Source of the DNA: Antedon mediterranea
Lineage: Eukaryota > Animalia > Echinodermata
DNA: 64,000 nucleotides
NCBI RefSeq assembly: GCF_964355755.1
Contig: NC_092670.1
Span: 4,888,201 to 4,952,200 of the forward strand
Reading direction: 5' to 3'
How positions within the stretch are numbered: position 1 is the stretch's first letter; each line of letters begins with the position of its first letter. The translations under genes were made by a program, and so were the position numbers. Below are positions 1 to 12,433 of the stretch, piece by piece. The notes beneath the pieces are model-generated. The model was not told where the DNA came from and did not search any database. It saw only the letters and a program-made list of their open reading frames with translations.

Positions 1-116
1 CAATGGTCAAAAAACGAACCAGTTCCAAAGGTTAATGCATTTGTTAAATTCGTTATGAAAATAATGGATGGATATGGCAAGTCTTCTAATAATACACCGA
101 TTACTGTTCATTGCAT
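1..116 (+). CDS. Receptor-type protein tyrosine phosphatase, internal exon (5'-truncated by window), D2-like domain
   Basis: Frame 1 reads QWSKNEPVPKVNAFVKFVMKIMDGYGKSSNNTPITVHC, i.e. the WPD-loop position followed by the PxxVHC motif. Phase-2 donor GTGAGT at 117. Confidence 0.9.
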
Positions 117-274
117 GTGAGTAGAGATTTAAGTATTGATTATTATAGTCTACTGATTAGAATATATATAAATTACGTCATTTAAAACAATTTCAAACAC
201 AAAAATAGGCCTACTTGAAATTCGACGGTTAAATTTAGTTTAAAAAAACATAACCAGCCTAATTCTGTCTTTAG

Positions 275-410
275 AGACGGTGTTTGCAGATCTGGTTTAT
301 TCTGTTTAGTGTATTCAATGATTGAGAAAATGAGAGAAGAAAAGATAGTAGATGTTTTCCAGACACTGAAAGCACTGCGTTCAGCAAGCACCAATATGGT
401 GGACTCACAG
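275..410 (+). CDS. Receptor-type PTP, penultimate exon (signature motif to Q-loop)
   Basis: Acceptor ttctgtctttAG at 273-274; 136-bp exon reads (I)DGVCRSGLFCLVYSMIEKMREEKIVDVFQTLKALRSASTNMVDSQ; donor GTAATA at 411. Joins the previous exon in phase to give HCIDGVCRSG. Confidence 0.92.
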
Positions 411-549
411 GTAATACTTTGTTTATCATCAAAAACATGAAGATGAAGATGAAATACAATATTTAGCTGCATAAGCACATAAATAATTAGGCATACGTCA
501 TTATTTTACTTACCCTATTCATTTAACTGTGTTTTATTTACTGATTTAG

Positions 550-630
550 ATCCAGTACAACTTTTGTTATGAAGCTGCCCTGTGTTATCTTAGATGGTGC
601 GAGGATAACAACGTAATGCCGAATAATTAA
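550..630 (+). CDS. Receptor-type PTP, terminal exon
   Basis: Acceptor tttAG at 548-549; reads IQYNFCYEAALCYLRWCEDNNVMPNN* (typical QYxFCY of the PTP C-terminus). AATAAA at 692-697. Confidence 0.9.
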   Translation: MQYNFCYEAALCYLRWCEDNNVMPNN

Positions 631-1649
631 CCTCGGTAGTTATGTTTAGGCATCTGATACCTGAGCTGTTTTAGGTTAAATACAATTGGTAAATAAAACT
701 GGTTGTTACCAAATTAAAAAAGTATCTTTTTGTTTATTCCAAAACTATTAAATATAAATAGGGCACATAAAAAACACCATAATATAATAATTCAATTTTT
801 AAATTATTATTAAATTATTAAATAGGCCAGAATTTAATTTTCAGGCCTACCTGAAGTTAGTTTGACTTTTTTGAACTTCCAGTTTAACAGAATTATTCAT
901 ACGCATACAATGGCCAAATTAAATGGTTGAATGGTCAAATCTTTTATGGGAATTTTAGCCATGAAACTAAACTATTACTCTAAACCGCAGTAACTTTAGG
1001 TAACTACTCACATTCCAACTCTCAGATAGTAGGACAAAAATAATGTATTTCAGTAGTGTCTCATTATGAGTGTTTTTTTATTTGATAAGTTTTAATTTGA
1101 GTCAAGAACTTGTGGATTGTAATCATTGGAAAGTTTGATGTGTTAATTTTATAAGTTTAATTTGTTCATTTATGAATTTAGTTTGTAAATTTTAATATGT
1201 TCCTTTAAGATTGATTTGTTAATTTCATCAGCTGTTTTAAATTTATTCTTCTAGGGTTGAGTTCTACTTTTATAAGTGTCGTTTTCGATTGCTATGTATA
1301 TAATATAGGACGGCTAATTGGCCATAAAAGCTGTAATAGTAGCTTATAAAAAGGTTGGTTGTTCGTTTGATAGTGTTAGCAGGTGTGGATTATATTACAA
1401 ATTTAAACAAAAGCGTAAGACAATTTATCTGATTTAAGGTAGCTTTGGGTACTGTTTATTTTGTGTAGAAACAAATTTTTTTGGTATACAGTAGTTATAG
1501 TCTGATTTAAACAATTATGTAGACCTATCGCCAATAAAAATACTAAATGGTAATTATAGTCCTTTTTTACATTTAACTAAATCGAGGGCACTAAACATAA
1601 AATTTAAAACATCAAAAATATTGGTGTTGAAAGCAAAAAAAAAAAGAAG

Positions 1650-1892
1650 ATGTTATGGTGTACTCTCCCTGCCTCAGCACTAAGGCCCTGTCACAGCTTT
1701 GGGGTCGTTTCCACCACATCAGACGCATTGATGTTGTCGCCTCATGATGTGTTGCAATGGAGGACGTATAATTATGTGAACCCTAAACACAATAGCTCGC
1801 ATAGATTTAACTCTATTCCACCAGCGTGGGAATCGAACCCACGACAATCGTGTATTAACACGACGCTCAGTTGCCTGAGGTAGCCGGTCATC
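1650..1892 (-). mobile_element. tRNA-derived SINE-like element
   Basis: The reverse complement of about 1820-1892 is tRNA-like with B-box GGTTCGATTCCC, followed by a GC-richer body. A second degenerate tRNA-like head faces the other way at about 1994-2057. Confidence 0.5.
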
Positions 1893-3164
1893 TTGATTTT
1901 ACCAAGGTTAATATGTATACATTAATGACGTAATGATGAATTACGTAGTACACGTATAAATATACTATTTTCAGCTGTTCAATCATGTACTTTGTGGCGT
2001 AACGGTAATGCTTAGCTTTGAATGCTCTCAATTCTAAATTGGGTTTGAACCTCTACTGACCTTTTTTTAAAATAAATATTGTTTTTCTTTTATTTAGAAA
2101 GAGAGATATTTAGAGGGTTGAATATGTCAGGCCTAGGCCTAAACAAGTGAACCTTTTTTTTAATTAAGAAACAAAGTTAGTGACGATAATTCAACAAAAT
2201 AACATTGTAAAATATAAACAGCGCGAGCATACAAAAGCCTATTACCAATTCCAATATTTATAAAATATTTACATGACTTTATACAACCGTTAAGCTCTGT
2301 TAATTTACCATATCTTTGAGTACGTATACAGTAAACAGTCCCGATTATGAAAGCTCACTATGCACTCTTGCGCGGTCAAGTGTAAATGTGTCCGGTCCGA
2401 TGCTCTCTGGCCCGGTATTTTTAAATTGTTTGTTTGACACGCCAGCCCGGCGAAAAGGCGTTGGTCCACTGTAGTATCTTGAGTATCAAGGGCGCTCCTT
2501 GAGCCTAACGAGATTAAACAGATTTTTATTTATGATGTGGATGAATAAAAATTAAGTCGAGTGTTATAACGTTTGTAACTTATTCGCCGTAGAGGGCACC
2601 CCATTGGAAATGGTGAAAACGGTTATTCTTTAAGAAACTAAATTTATAAACTATAATTTGTCAATTTTGAACCTCCGAGGAATCTTGTATTTAACCTATT
2701 TCCGTAAGGTGTTCCCGTATTAATAAGATGAAAAACATCCTATTGTATGATAACTGCAGGTGGTAATACGTTTAGAAGTTGAGTAACCCTGTCACATCGA
2801 TTCAGTTTCAAACATGAATGAAAACAATTTCAAAAGAATTGGTTTTTCAATTAGCCTATGGGCTGTATCTATTTGAAAGGTAGTACCATTGGCCCCTCAG
2901 TCAGTCTTGTCAGATTACATATCGCCCTCTATATCAAATATTTTTAGCCGCAGTTAACACTTTGTTCAATTCAATTCGAGGATGGCACACGCAATCAAAT
3001 GTTTTAATGACTAACATACTTCCATATTCGTTTCTTTTACACTCATTTTCTATATGGGCCGCTTAAAAAAACAACACAATTTTTGGCATTTTTAGTTTTA
3101 AAAATGATTGAATTGAAGTAAATTAATTACAATACCTAGAAGATGAATCAGGTTTTTTTTTATA

Positions 3165-3735
3165 GAAACAATGTGAAGATACATTCATCAACACTAAGGA
3201 AACTTGAAAATGCCAGGATGGATAAACTAAGGTATATCGTGCTTATAAACTCATCCGGACAGTTACTGAAATCTATGCCCGAATTATTCAGTTATGTTCG
3301 AGTATTGTAATGTATATCATATCATTTTGCATTATGATTTACGTTATAGTAGGCCTATATATTTTTCAACTCTTATTCCAAAACTGTTGTTCAAAACATA
3401 GTTACAATTCTAGAAACAATAATACGTATGGATTGTAATCGGAAATAAAGATTTATAAGAAGACACAGATACACGGGTTTGTATTGTTGAAATATGTCCA
3501 TAAAAGGTGCTATATTTATCCGTAATAATTACACATATTATGAACAAGTGAAGCCCCTATCAGTGTTGAAATACTGTTCATTATTAACACCTCAAATTGA
3601 TATTTTTCGACGATTTATTTAAAAACACGCTAAACGATGGAGAAACAATTTCCATACAGGATATACAAACGGATCGATGTAGTAGGAGCCGTAGGTTTTT
3701 CTATCGACTGGAATACTAATGTACTGCTTAGTTGA
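3165..3735 (+). pseudogene. Possible decayed LDL-receptor-family (EGF/YWTD propeller) coding fragment
   Basis: Broken frames give TQIHGFVLLKYVHKRCYIY (about 3463-3520) and VVGAVGFSIDWNTNVLL (about 3679-3730), loosely like successive YWTD repeats. No intact YWTD word; stops and frameshifts present. Confidence 0.2.
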
Positions 3736-4409
3736 CGTCTATGTTACCGTTTAAATGTTTTTAAGTGCAAAAGGCAAACAAAAACGAGCATATCTCAACA
3801 GATTTTAAAATTCAATCAATGAAGTAGTTTACAATAGACAGTATATTTTATAGTGCACCGATGAGTAAGGGATAAGATGCAACATTTACTAATAATGAAA
3901 TGATTTCATGCTAGTTATAGTCTTGTATGTATTAACTTACGTTGAAAAATGTAAGTCTGGATGAAAAAAGTATTACCTGTGTGTATTATTTAACTAATAT
4001 ACCTGTGACTGTCCTGTGATGTGCAAGTAAATAACAAAATATATTCTGTGTTTTAATTGGGGTTTCAAAGTTTTTTTTAGAGGGGATAACGTTAGAGCAT
4101 GGACATTATTCTCGACACCAGTATGTGCACAGTAGCCATAGTATAATCTGTATCAAAGCTCTAGGTATATAATAAAGTGTTTTAAAAAGTTTTGACGAAA
4201 AATAAGTTACGTTATACGTGTTCACTCATATAGACTGGAATGATACACACTAACACGTTGTAGCTTTTTGTTTGTCGTTCATGTTTTATTTCACTTTCTC
4301 ACTTTCTCTCTTTTACAAATTACGGAAAGTTACAGTGATTATCACACATCAAGGCAAATAGAAAGATATTGATACAAAATACATAGTCTGACATAACATA
4401 ACTAATAAT

Positions 4410-4530
4410 TATACAAATAATGAATGTTTACGAGTGAAATGAGACAAATCATTTCATGAGGTAAACAATAAAAGGCTACAGTATATTTTGGCGAAGCCGA
4501 GTAAAAACAAAAACATCTTTCATCTTATAA
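4410..4530 (+). repeat. Interspersed repeat (second copy at about 5230-5355)
   Basis: The block tatacaaataatgaatgttta(c/t)gagtg...catgaggt...agccgagt occurs at both positions. Confidence 0.6.
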
Positions 4531-5614
4531 CGAATGCAATCTGATCAGAGCCATCAACATCCTAGCATCTCGTGTCGCGTGTGTGGTTGCTCACACTACA
4601 ATATAAAACAAACCAACGCGCAAAATGAAATTGCAGTATCGCATAACACGACATTGCACTTCTGATGACGTAAGAATGTAATAGAACATTTATTTAATAT
4701 CATGTGACACAGTATTTTCATAAACCAGAATCTATTCAGGTGTGTTGTAAAAGCCATTATCACGAATAGCCTAACATACGCACATAGCCTAACGTTTTTA
4801 TAGGCTAATCGTATATTTATTATTTATTCGTCAACCTCGATCTCGTGCTCTAGAAAAATATCATCAAACCATAAAAATAGATTAAAATCGAAAATGAATT
4901 TAAATTAATAAATTTATTCCCGTATAGAGCTATAAATAAATATTAACTTAAGGAAGTGTCAGTCTAATTAAAGCTTTCAATAAACGTAATTAACTACTAC
5001 AGGTAATATGTGAAAAGATTAACAATTTAATCTTATTCTGGTTATATAATTTCATTTAAAACAAACAATAATTATCTTCGTCCTTAAAACCCTTATTAAA
5101 CGGCTAATTCCCATGGACGCATTAGAGTATATTTTAATCTATCAACTAATTGCTTACTTCTAGTAATATGTGAGAATATTATCTATATCCACATTCAGGT
5201 TTATATAACTTAATATTAAACAATAATACTATACAAATAATGAATGTTTATGAGTGTAATGGTACAAATAATGGCATGAGGTGAATGATGAAAGGTTATA
5301 TTTCAACGAGGCAAGAGCCGAGTTGATATATAATCTTTCATCATTCACTAAATGAAAAATACTATTAAACGATCGCTTAATAGTGCGTACTATTGCACGC
5401 CATGTGACCCACAACCGTCCGACCAAATCACAGGAATTTGTTTTAGGTATTATATAAAAATAAATATTATACGTCTCGTGTCACTCCAAAATAGAATTCC
5501 TGCTTATGAAGTACCGTAAATGTTGTATGAAACATTTCCAGAAGATCGTGAATTGTAATGAAAGATAAAGCAGTGTTTTCACTGATCCGGGCGACCTTCA
5601 TTACAGAAGACTAA

Positions 5615-5717
5615 AGCTCTGTCTGCACTATCAAACCTATATATGGACTTGGAGATGCCATATTTGGGCACATCGTACTTTCTTTTTTTCAATCTAGCTT
5701 ACCAGTGATAGACAGAG
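5615..5717. mobile_element. MITE family B, degenerate copy
   Basis: Left TIR AGCTCTGTCTGCACTATCAAAC; decayed right end gtgatagacagag. Confidence 0.6.
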
Positions 5718-6580
5718 AAAATGAGAGGCCTTCTGGGCTCTGTAAAATATTACGTAAACGGACACATTCAAACGCAAATGGCATTTCTGTTTTCAGTCTA
5801 CAGTATTTTTTTATATTACCGTATTTTATTTGCGTAACGATACTCTACCAAGGAAGAGACTTGGGTCTACGATAAGATACTTACCTAAATTAAAATTGTA
5901 TTAAGTAAAGTAAATTATAATATAATAATTTAAAGCAGTTGCCGCAGATACGTTTTAAAAACAATGGTAGTTTGATGAGGTACTTAAACTCTTCAAATAA
6001 CGTCATCAGCAATAATAAGTATACAGAACAAAAACTAATATTGGAAATGTAGCATTCCCCTAAGTATCGGTCACTTAAAAGTAACCGGTACTATATTACT
6101 CCTGATGACATTTGATCAATGTGCATTCGGCTATAAAAAGATAAGTTATATTTAATAGCACACCGAGTACAGTATCATGTCTAGCGATAAAATACAGTTT
6201 TCAGTATCACGTCTTTTATCGGCTATACCACGGAGATTGTATACCTCTTCTTGACACAGTATCGCTACATCAAAAGCCAACCACCTAAAGTACTTGCATT
6301 AACTTGTAATCGGTAGAAAATAGTTACAACTCTCAATGTGGTTGTATGTTTTAGCTGCTGCCGTCTACAAACACGATGCTGTAGGTTGTTTAGTCATGGC
6401 ACCAATGTATGTAGGGGTGGGAAGAAACTTTAGCCTGGTCTGCCTACTCGATAGTCTTTAACATGGACAATAGTCTGCCTTTATTTCGGTTAGTCTCCAA
6501 TAGTGTTCGTTGTTTACTATTTTTCCTGACAACGGTATAGTTTTCATTAATTATGTTGATCTGCTCTGACCCATTAATGT

Positions 6581-6687
6581 TCAATTAATTACTGTTTGAT
6601 TTAATCGTGGTGGGAACGGAGGAGGAATAGGAGGTGGAGGAGGAGCCAGTGCGTATTTCTTTATACGTTCTACGACAGCAGTTTTAC
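6581..6687 (-). CDS. Polyproline single-pass membrane protein, exon 4 (terminal)
   Basis: Minus-strand acceptor ttgttattttgtAG (6689-6688); phase 1; reads (G)KTAVVERIKKYALAPPPPPIPPPFPPRLNQTVIN*. Minus-strand AATAAA at 6485-6480. Confidence 0.8.
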
Positions 6688-7300
6688 CTACAAAATAACA
6701 AAAAAATCTTATTATTTCTATGTATATCTACTAAAGTTTATCGTCGCTAACAATTATTAATCCTCGGAAACTCTCGCAACGTATGTTACATATAATAATA
6801 CGCAGATTATCACTGTTTGTGTAATTGCTTGTTTTCGTCAGCGATCGAACATTTCATCATGTACGCCGTTAAACCTGATCTTTTTATCAAACAGATCGTC
6901 AAAGTGTCATAATGTCATAAACTTTTGACAGATTATAAAAAAAATCAATGTTCCATAATGTATAATACATAAATATATTGACGAATATCTTGACATGATG
7001 TTTCCAATATACTGTCGGATCTCATGCATGCACACTTTAAGGTTAATACATGACAAAAAAGCACATTTGATACATCGATAAATTGACAATAAGGTTAAGA
7101 GAACCAAAACTGTTCACATATTAGATAAATACAATTGGTAATAAAGAAAAGTATTTTTGATATATTTTTATATATATAAACAAATCAGGAATATTTATAT
7201 ATATTATTTCCTCATCTTTATCGTTTCAAATTAATTAATTAAATTTCAGTATATCACCGGGCGGTTTAGAATTAATGTTCTTTGCCTCTTGTGTTTATAT

Positions 7301-7463
7301 ATGATGAAGGGCTAGTGTTGCCCGAAAGCTCTGCTAACTTTTCTGGCTGTTTACTTTATCGTTTTGATTTAGCTTTTCGCTTTTTATTTTTGTATCTCCA
7401 TTGAGATCCAGCCACTGATACCCACAGCATTGTCATTTTTTTCAGTAATTTGCCTTTGGATTT
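7301..7463 (+). mobile_element. Penelope-like element terminal-repeat fragment with minimal hammerhead motif
   Basis: Reads (a)TGATGA-A-GGGC-tagtgtt-GCCC-GAAA-GCTC at 7301-7331, followed by T-rich sequence. Both flanks are (TA)n-like. Confidence 0.6.
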
Positions 7464-7624
7464 ATATATACATTATATATATATATATAAATTTGCCTGA
7501 TATATATATATAGAAAAGTAAGAGCTTACTTTAAGACAATCAACAAATATCAAAGATAGCTGTGAATTGTGGGTGCGTACGGAGGAAGGTTGGTTTGTGA
7601 GAGAGAATTGAGGGTTTACATTAC

Positions 7625-7681
7625 CTTCTATACCATTCTCAACAGCCATGTCATCAGAACTAATAATACCATCGTAAAATG
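7625..7681 (-). CDS. Polyproline single-pass membrane protein, exon 3
   Basis: Acceptor tttttttctcctcacAG (7683-7682); 57-bp phase 1-1 exon (A)FYDGIISSDDMAVENGIE; donor GTAATG at 7624. Confidence 0.75.
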
Positions 7682-9716
7682 CTGTGAGGAGAAAAAAACA
7701 AACTACTATAATAAAAACAAAAAATAAAATCACCCTATTTTTTAATTTTTTATTTTTAAAACCAGAAACAAAAAACTAAAATAATATCACCCTATTTTTT
7801 GTTGAATAACTGTACCATGTTAATGTCTTATAAAAGTTATTCACTTTTACGTAAAATGTAATTTTGTATACCTTTTAGAAGTGAAAAAATTTTTTTTGGG
7901 GAGGAGAATACAAATTTAAAGTTGAACATATTTTAGACATCGTGTATCTATTACAAAACAAGTTATCAATTTTGTTAATTGTTGCATTCTAATAATAATT
8001 GATATCAAACGTTATCATAAACAATAACAAGCTTGTGTTTACATTAGATGGAGACAACACAAGATATTAAAGTAATTTCATAATTGAAATTATCAAAAGT
8101 TCAAAATCAAGAGAATAAATATTAGGTTTTCCGTATTTTACTCCGAATCTGAACTGGAAGGGGCGTGGTAGTAACAAAGATTTTGTTTATGCTCATTTCA
8201 TATTCATACATAGTTAGTTGATTAAAAGCATTAATAAACGAACGAGTTGGACTCTGTTTGGAATAAACAAGAGGATCACACAAACAGTACAAAAAAAACC
8301 CCGAATTAATACTTTTACCCTTTTAATTGTTTTAAAACTTGTCGTAATTTCTTTATTAACTAAAATTATGATATTATTTATTATAATAACAAAAACAACA
8401 TACGATTTCTTAATGATACATTTTTTACACTGTTTTTGTTTTCGCTACAGATAGGCCTAACATTTAACAAGTTGCTAAATATAGCATTATCTTTGCCATC
8501 GAATGTCATAATTAAGTAATGGAAAACTTGTAAACATTACATAAATCTATGTCAACAATTATTTTGTACAACCTAAATTATAATTTCATTTTATACAAAC
8601 TCGAACTTGGAACCTAACAAATTGCATCACAAAATACGGCAAACTTGCACCGCGCAGTATCGATTGGACGTGAAGAAAGATTCCTTACGAGTAGTCAAAA
8701 TTATTGTTTTGAAAATGTATTTTCATTCTCAATATTTTATTAAAGAACCCATCATCAATATGCTTACTGTACAGTCATTTAAAGATTTATTTCAACAACT
8801 TTTTTTAACCTTTTGGAGAATATTCGCGTTAACCTCTCAGCTTCAATATTATATTTAGCTCTCTGACTAAATGCATCGACACTTTTGTTATATTATTGTT
8901 ATTATCATTGTCATAAACTTTCATCATCATTTCAAAAGAAGCAGACGATAAAACACGAATCCTGCAAATGCTGTACATTATTTGTATTTTTTTTAATAGA
9001 TTTTGATGGGTGGAAGATATTAAAAAATTTACCACAATGTAAATGATTTTACTTAGTTCGATAATTCATAATATGAATAGAATCTCAACAGACTGGTTGA
9101 TACATTTGCCAGACTCAACATTGTAGTATGAAAGGTAATAATCATTGTTTCTTTTACGTTGGCTGTGGACGATTTGCCTAATCTTGCTGCTGCTTTTGCG
9201 GCACAATTGTACACGTGAGTGTGGCGTCCCATAGGACCTTATTCATCAGTCACTCAGATCGGCAAACTTTGCTCAATTTAACGTAATGGTTTCCCCTCGT
9301 AAAGAACGATATTCATTGCTCGTTTCAGTTGTATGATTTGAACTATGTTTGTTAATGGTGTAAGAAAGGTTGCACCTTTTACGATTCAAATGGATTGTTT
9401 GTATTTCAAGATGGATTTGTGTCGTAATACGCTTTTCAAAAATTCATGAGCCAAAATTACTTAAATAAAAAGAAACTAAATGCGGTGTGCTCCACGATAG
9501 CTGACAGTTTCAACTTATGATACTGTCTTAATTCAGGATGTCTCCAAACTAATCTTAGTTAACAAATCTATTTCTGAAAACTACTTAGGCATAATATTTG
9601 TATAGAAGCATTGATTTGGTCGAAAATAGAAGCATTGTCATTAAATACTATAACAATATATTTCAAATTTTAAAAAATGCCAGCTTTTGTTCATTGTTCA
9701 TTCTGAGTTTGAACGT

Positions 9717-9819
9717 TTTTAGTCGCGTGCAACGTGACTCTACAGCTCACTATGTCGGTCGGTTGGTGGGTAAACACTAACTTGAGAACGCGACTGCAGC
9801 CCTGTATATGACCTTGTTA
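9717..9819 (+). mobile_element. Helentron-associated HINE/DINE-1-like element
   Basis: 5' AGTCGCGTgca-ACGTGACT inverted pair, GTCG/GTTG microsatellite, 3' ACGCGACT subterminal repeat, terminal ..CTTGTT in a T-rich site. Sister copy inverted at about 41067-41180. Confidence 0.7.
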
Positions 9820-11348
9820 TTTAGCAATCCGTTAGCCCAATGTATTAAATATTAAACTTGTGATAGCAGGGAATAGTTTCATTTTTCCTTGTGATAGTAA
9901 CTTTTGTAAATATAGAGATATAGTTATACATTAGGTAAGAGTAAAAGCAGGTGGAGAGATAATTCAATGCGTTATGGTGAAATTATACGCCAACAATGTC
10001 ATGATTTGACAAGTCAATGTTAACACGTGGTGCTGCAACTGCTGCTGCTCAAACTTAAGCTCCAAGCCAGCCTCATCACTACCTTTAGTAAATTATTAGA
10101 ACTATCTCTCAAATCAGTGATTGAATTAAATTTAAAAAAAAAAGGGAATTTTCCAAAATCAATGCTTTGATTGAAAAACATAAATCTCTTTTTAGAGATT
10201 TTAAAATCTTAAGAGGTCTATGTTTTCAGTGTATGTTTCCTTACATATTTTTTCTTAAATGCTTCCATTTTTTTATTAGTTTGCCGAAAAGTTTTTTCTC
10301 CGTTTACTTACTTATGTTGTAGCACTTTATTTAAGATTACTAATATAAGTTTGCGGGTGAAAAATAAACACACCAAACATACTGTATATATTATCAATCT
10401 ATATAATCTATTATATACATAGAGAACCCTCCGTGGTTTGTAGTTTATACTTTGTAGTATAGCTTTATATATTTTCCATTGATTTTGTTTTGTTTTCTTT
10501 CACTAACTTGTTTTATTTTTTTATTTTACTTGCACCACTAGCGACAATGTGTGCCACTGATAAATAAAAATAAATAAATAAACATAACATTGACAACAAT
10601 TGATTAGATTTAGAAGACACTAAATAAATTAGATATAACTGATAATAATACAACATACATCACTAAATGTCCAGATTTCAAACATTAGTTTAATTTTGCA
10701 CTCATTTATTTTTGTTAATACCTTGTTGACTAGATGTACATGATGAATTTATTGTCAATGGTGTAGACACTAAGGCCAATTAATAGCTATCGTTCATGTG
10801 TAAGGACTTTGTTTTGTTCATTTATATGAATTATACTTATCATTCGCAAGAGACACTTCTAAAAAGTCAACGAATTAACATTATTAACATCAATAGTATC
10901 AGTATATATACTACTGTTTTACACAAACAAATACAGGTAATGAACAACTCTTAGAGTAGTCTCGGAGTTACGTAAAGTACATTTCTGGGTGCGGCAACGG
11001 CACTGTATTATATGTAACATTTCGGTTTTTGAAATTACATCACTATGTTTAACAAAATCGTAGTTTTCCTTTTTTTGTACATAAACTAAAATGGCAGTTA
11101 GTTTACGCCTTTTTGAGATAGTTATTATTGAGAAATGAAAAATTATGATTTGGATAAGACCATAAACAAAACATTACTGTCAGTACTTATGTAGATATTT
11201 TCAAAACCGCTCTAGCAAAACTTGTTACGCAAAAACCCCGATATTAGCCAATTGTTCCTGATCATAATTATAGTATATGTATTTTATGTTTTGCTAATTA
11301 TTTTCTATTAACGTCTTGGTACTATCAAATCAAAGGGATTTTCAATTA

Positions 11349-11591
11349 AATGTACATAAAATGATAATAGAGATTTACAAAAGACGAAAGCATTCAAAAC
11401 TTTAGCTTGTTATTATTGATTACTATAATATAACACCTAAATAAATTCCTGTCATTTGATTGGACGATTGTGGGTCACATGACATGCAATAGAACGTACT
11501 ATTAAATGATTCAATGTACATAAAATGATAATAGAGATTTAGAAAAGACGTAAGCATTCAAAATGTTAGCTTGTTATTATTGATTACTATA
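11349..11591 (+). repeat. 79-bp direct duplication (11349-11427 / 11513-11591) bracketing an 85-bp repeat fragment
   Basis: Near-identical 79-mers. The intervening 11428-11512 matches the reverse complement of about 5378-5453. Confidence 0.8.
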
Positions 11592-12168
11592 CGTTTAATT
11601 GCAAATATGATAATCGATGGATAAGTGGAAGAGATTTAAAGTCTTAAATGCATGAGTATTCATTTATTCTGTGTTCGCTTTATTTGTCGATTTCTGTATT
11701 TAAAAAAAATAGCCTCAAGTCTAATAAATAGTGTTCTTTAATCCGAGTATAACCGAATGTTTATAATACTATGTATTTTAGGAATAATGAAATCCATTAA
11801 AAGTATCAACGTATATCGACAACACATGCCCAATCCTGCTTTGCCCATCCACAACACAATATTTAAGATAACGCTGATCTAGAAAATAATAATAGCATTG
11901 ACCTAATAATAATAAACTATTACATACACACAATTTAAAAATTCATTTTAAAAGGTAATAAGTTATCTGAAGTTTTGAAGATGTTTGGCTAGACTCGTAG
12001 CTTGTCTCACGTAAAATCTGTATCTATACGGAAACCGCCCGTCAGCTCCGCGTTGTGTGTAAATGGTCATAACGAACAACAAAGATTCTTTTTTTTTTAC
12101 CGTTCCTACCGCTCGTCTGTGTAAATTTGCTTTAACGCTGTTATAAGTCTGTACATTTTCACACCTAC

Positions 12169-12433
12169 CTGTGAATTTAACTGCCAACGAAACACCGATA
12201 ACAAGAGCCATCAGCGTTAAAGCAACAAGTGCTATTTCGTATATGGACACTGCCCTCTCAGATGAAACACATAGGCATCGGCTTCGCACGTCGCTGTTAT
12301 TTGCTGTCATCACCGTGGTCGTTTGGTTTTGTACGAATTCATCTTTTGAAGATCGTGTTTCTATAAATGAAGGACTAGCAAGAGAATCATCGTCTCTTGG
12401 ATCGAATGCTGGGTTTTCGATACACGTGGGTTT
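12169..12433 (-). CDS. Polyproline single-pass membrane protein, exon 2 (N-terminal domain plus TM helix)
   Basis: Poly-T acceptor AG (12435-12434); 265-bp open exon KPTCIENPAFDPRDDDSLASPSF...RSRCLCVSSERAVSIYEIALVALTLMALVIGVSLAVKFT; donor GTAGGT at 12168. Same frame as track ORF 11963..12313. Confidence 0.85.

Noticed and set aside
182-478. Minus-strand 98-aa and 62-aa ORFs
   Set aside because: Antisense shadows of the PTP exon.
1820-2060. tRNA-like sequences as real tRNA genes (also about 35765-35805, 38170-38225, 62395-62420)
   Set aside because: Only A/B-box remnants; no complete cloverleaf. Consistent with SINE heads.
7530-7624. Alternative downstream donor (AAA|GTAAGC) extending exon 3
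   Set aside because: It is phase 0 and would shift exon 4 out of the polyproline frame; the phase-1 donor at 7624 fits.
9222-9250. Minus-strand CTGATGA...GTCC-tat-GGGAC as a second hammerhead
   Set aside because: The required GAAA after stem II is absent (GCCA) and the spacing is wrong.
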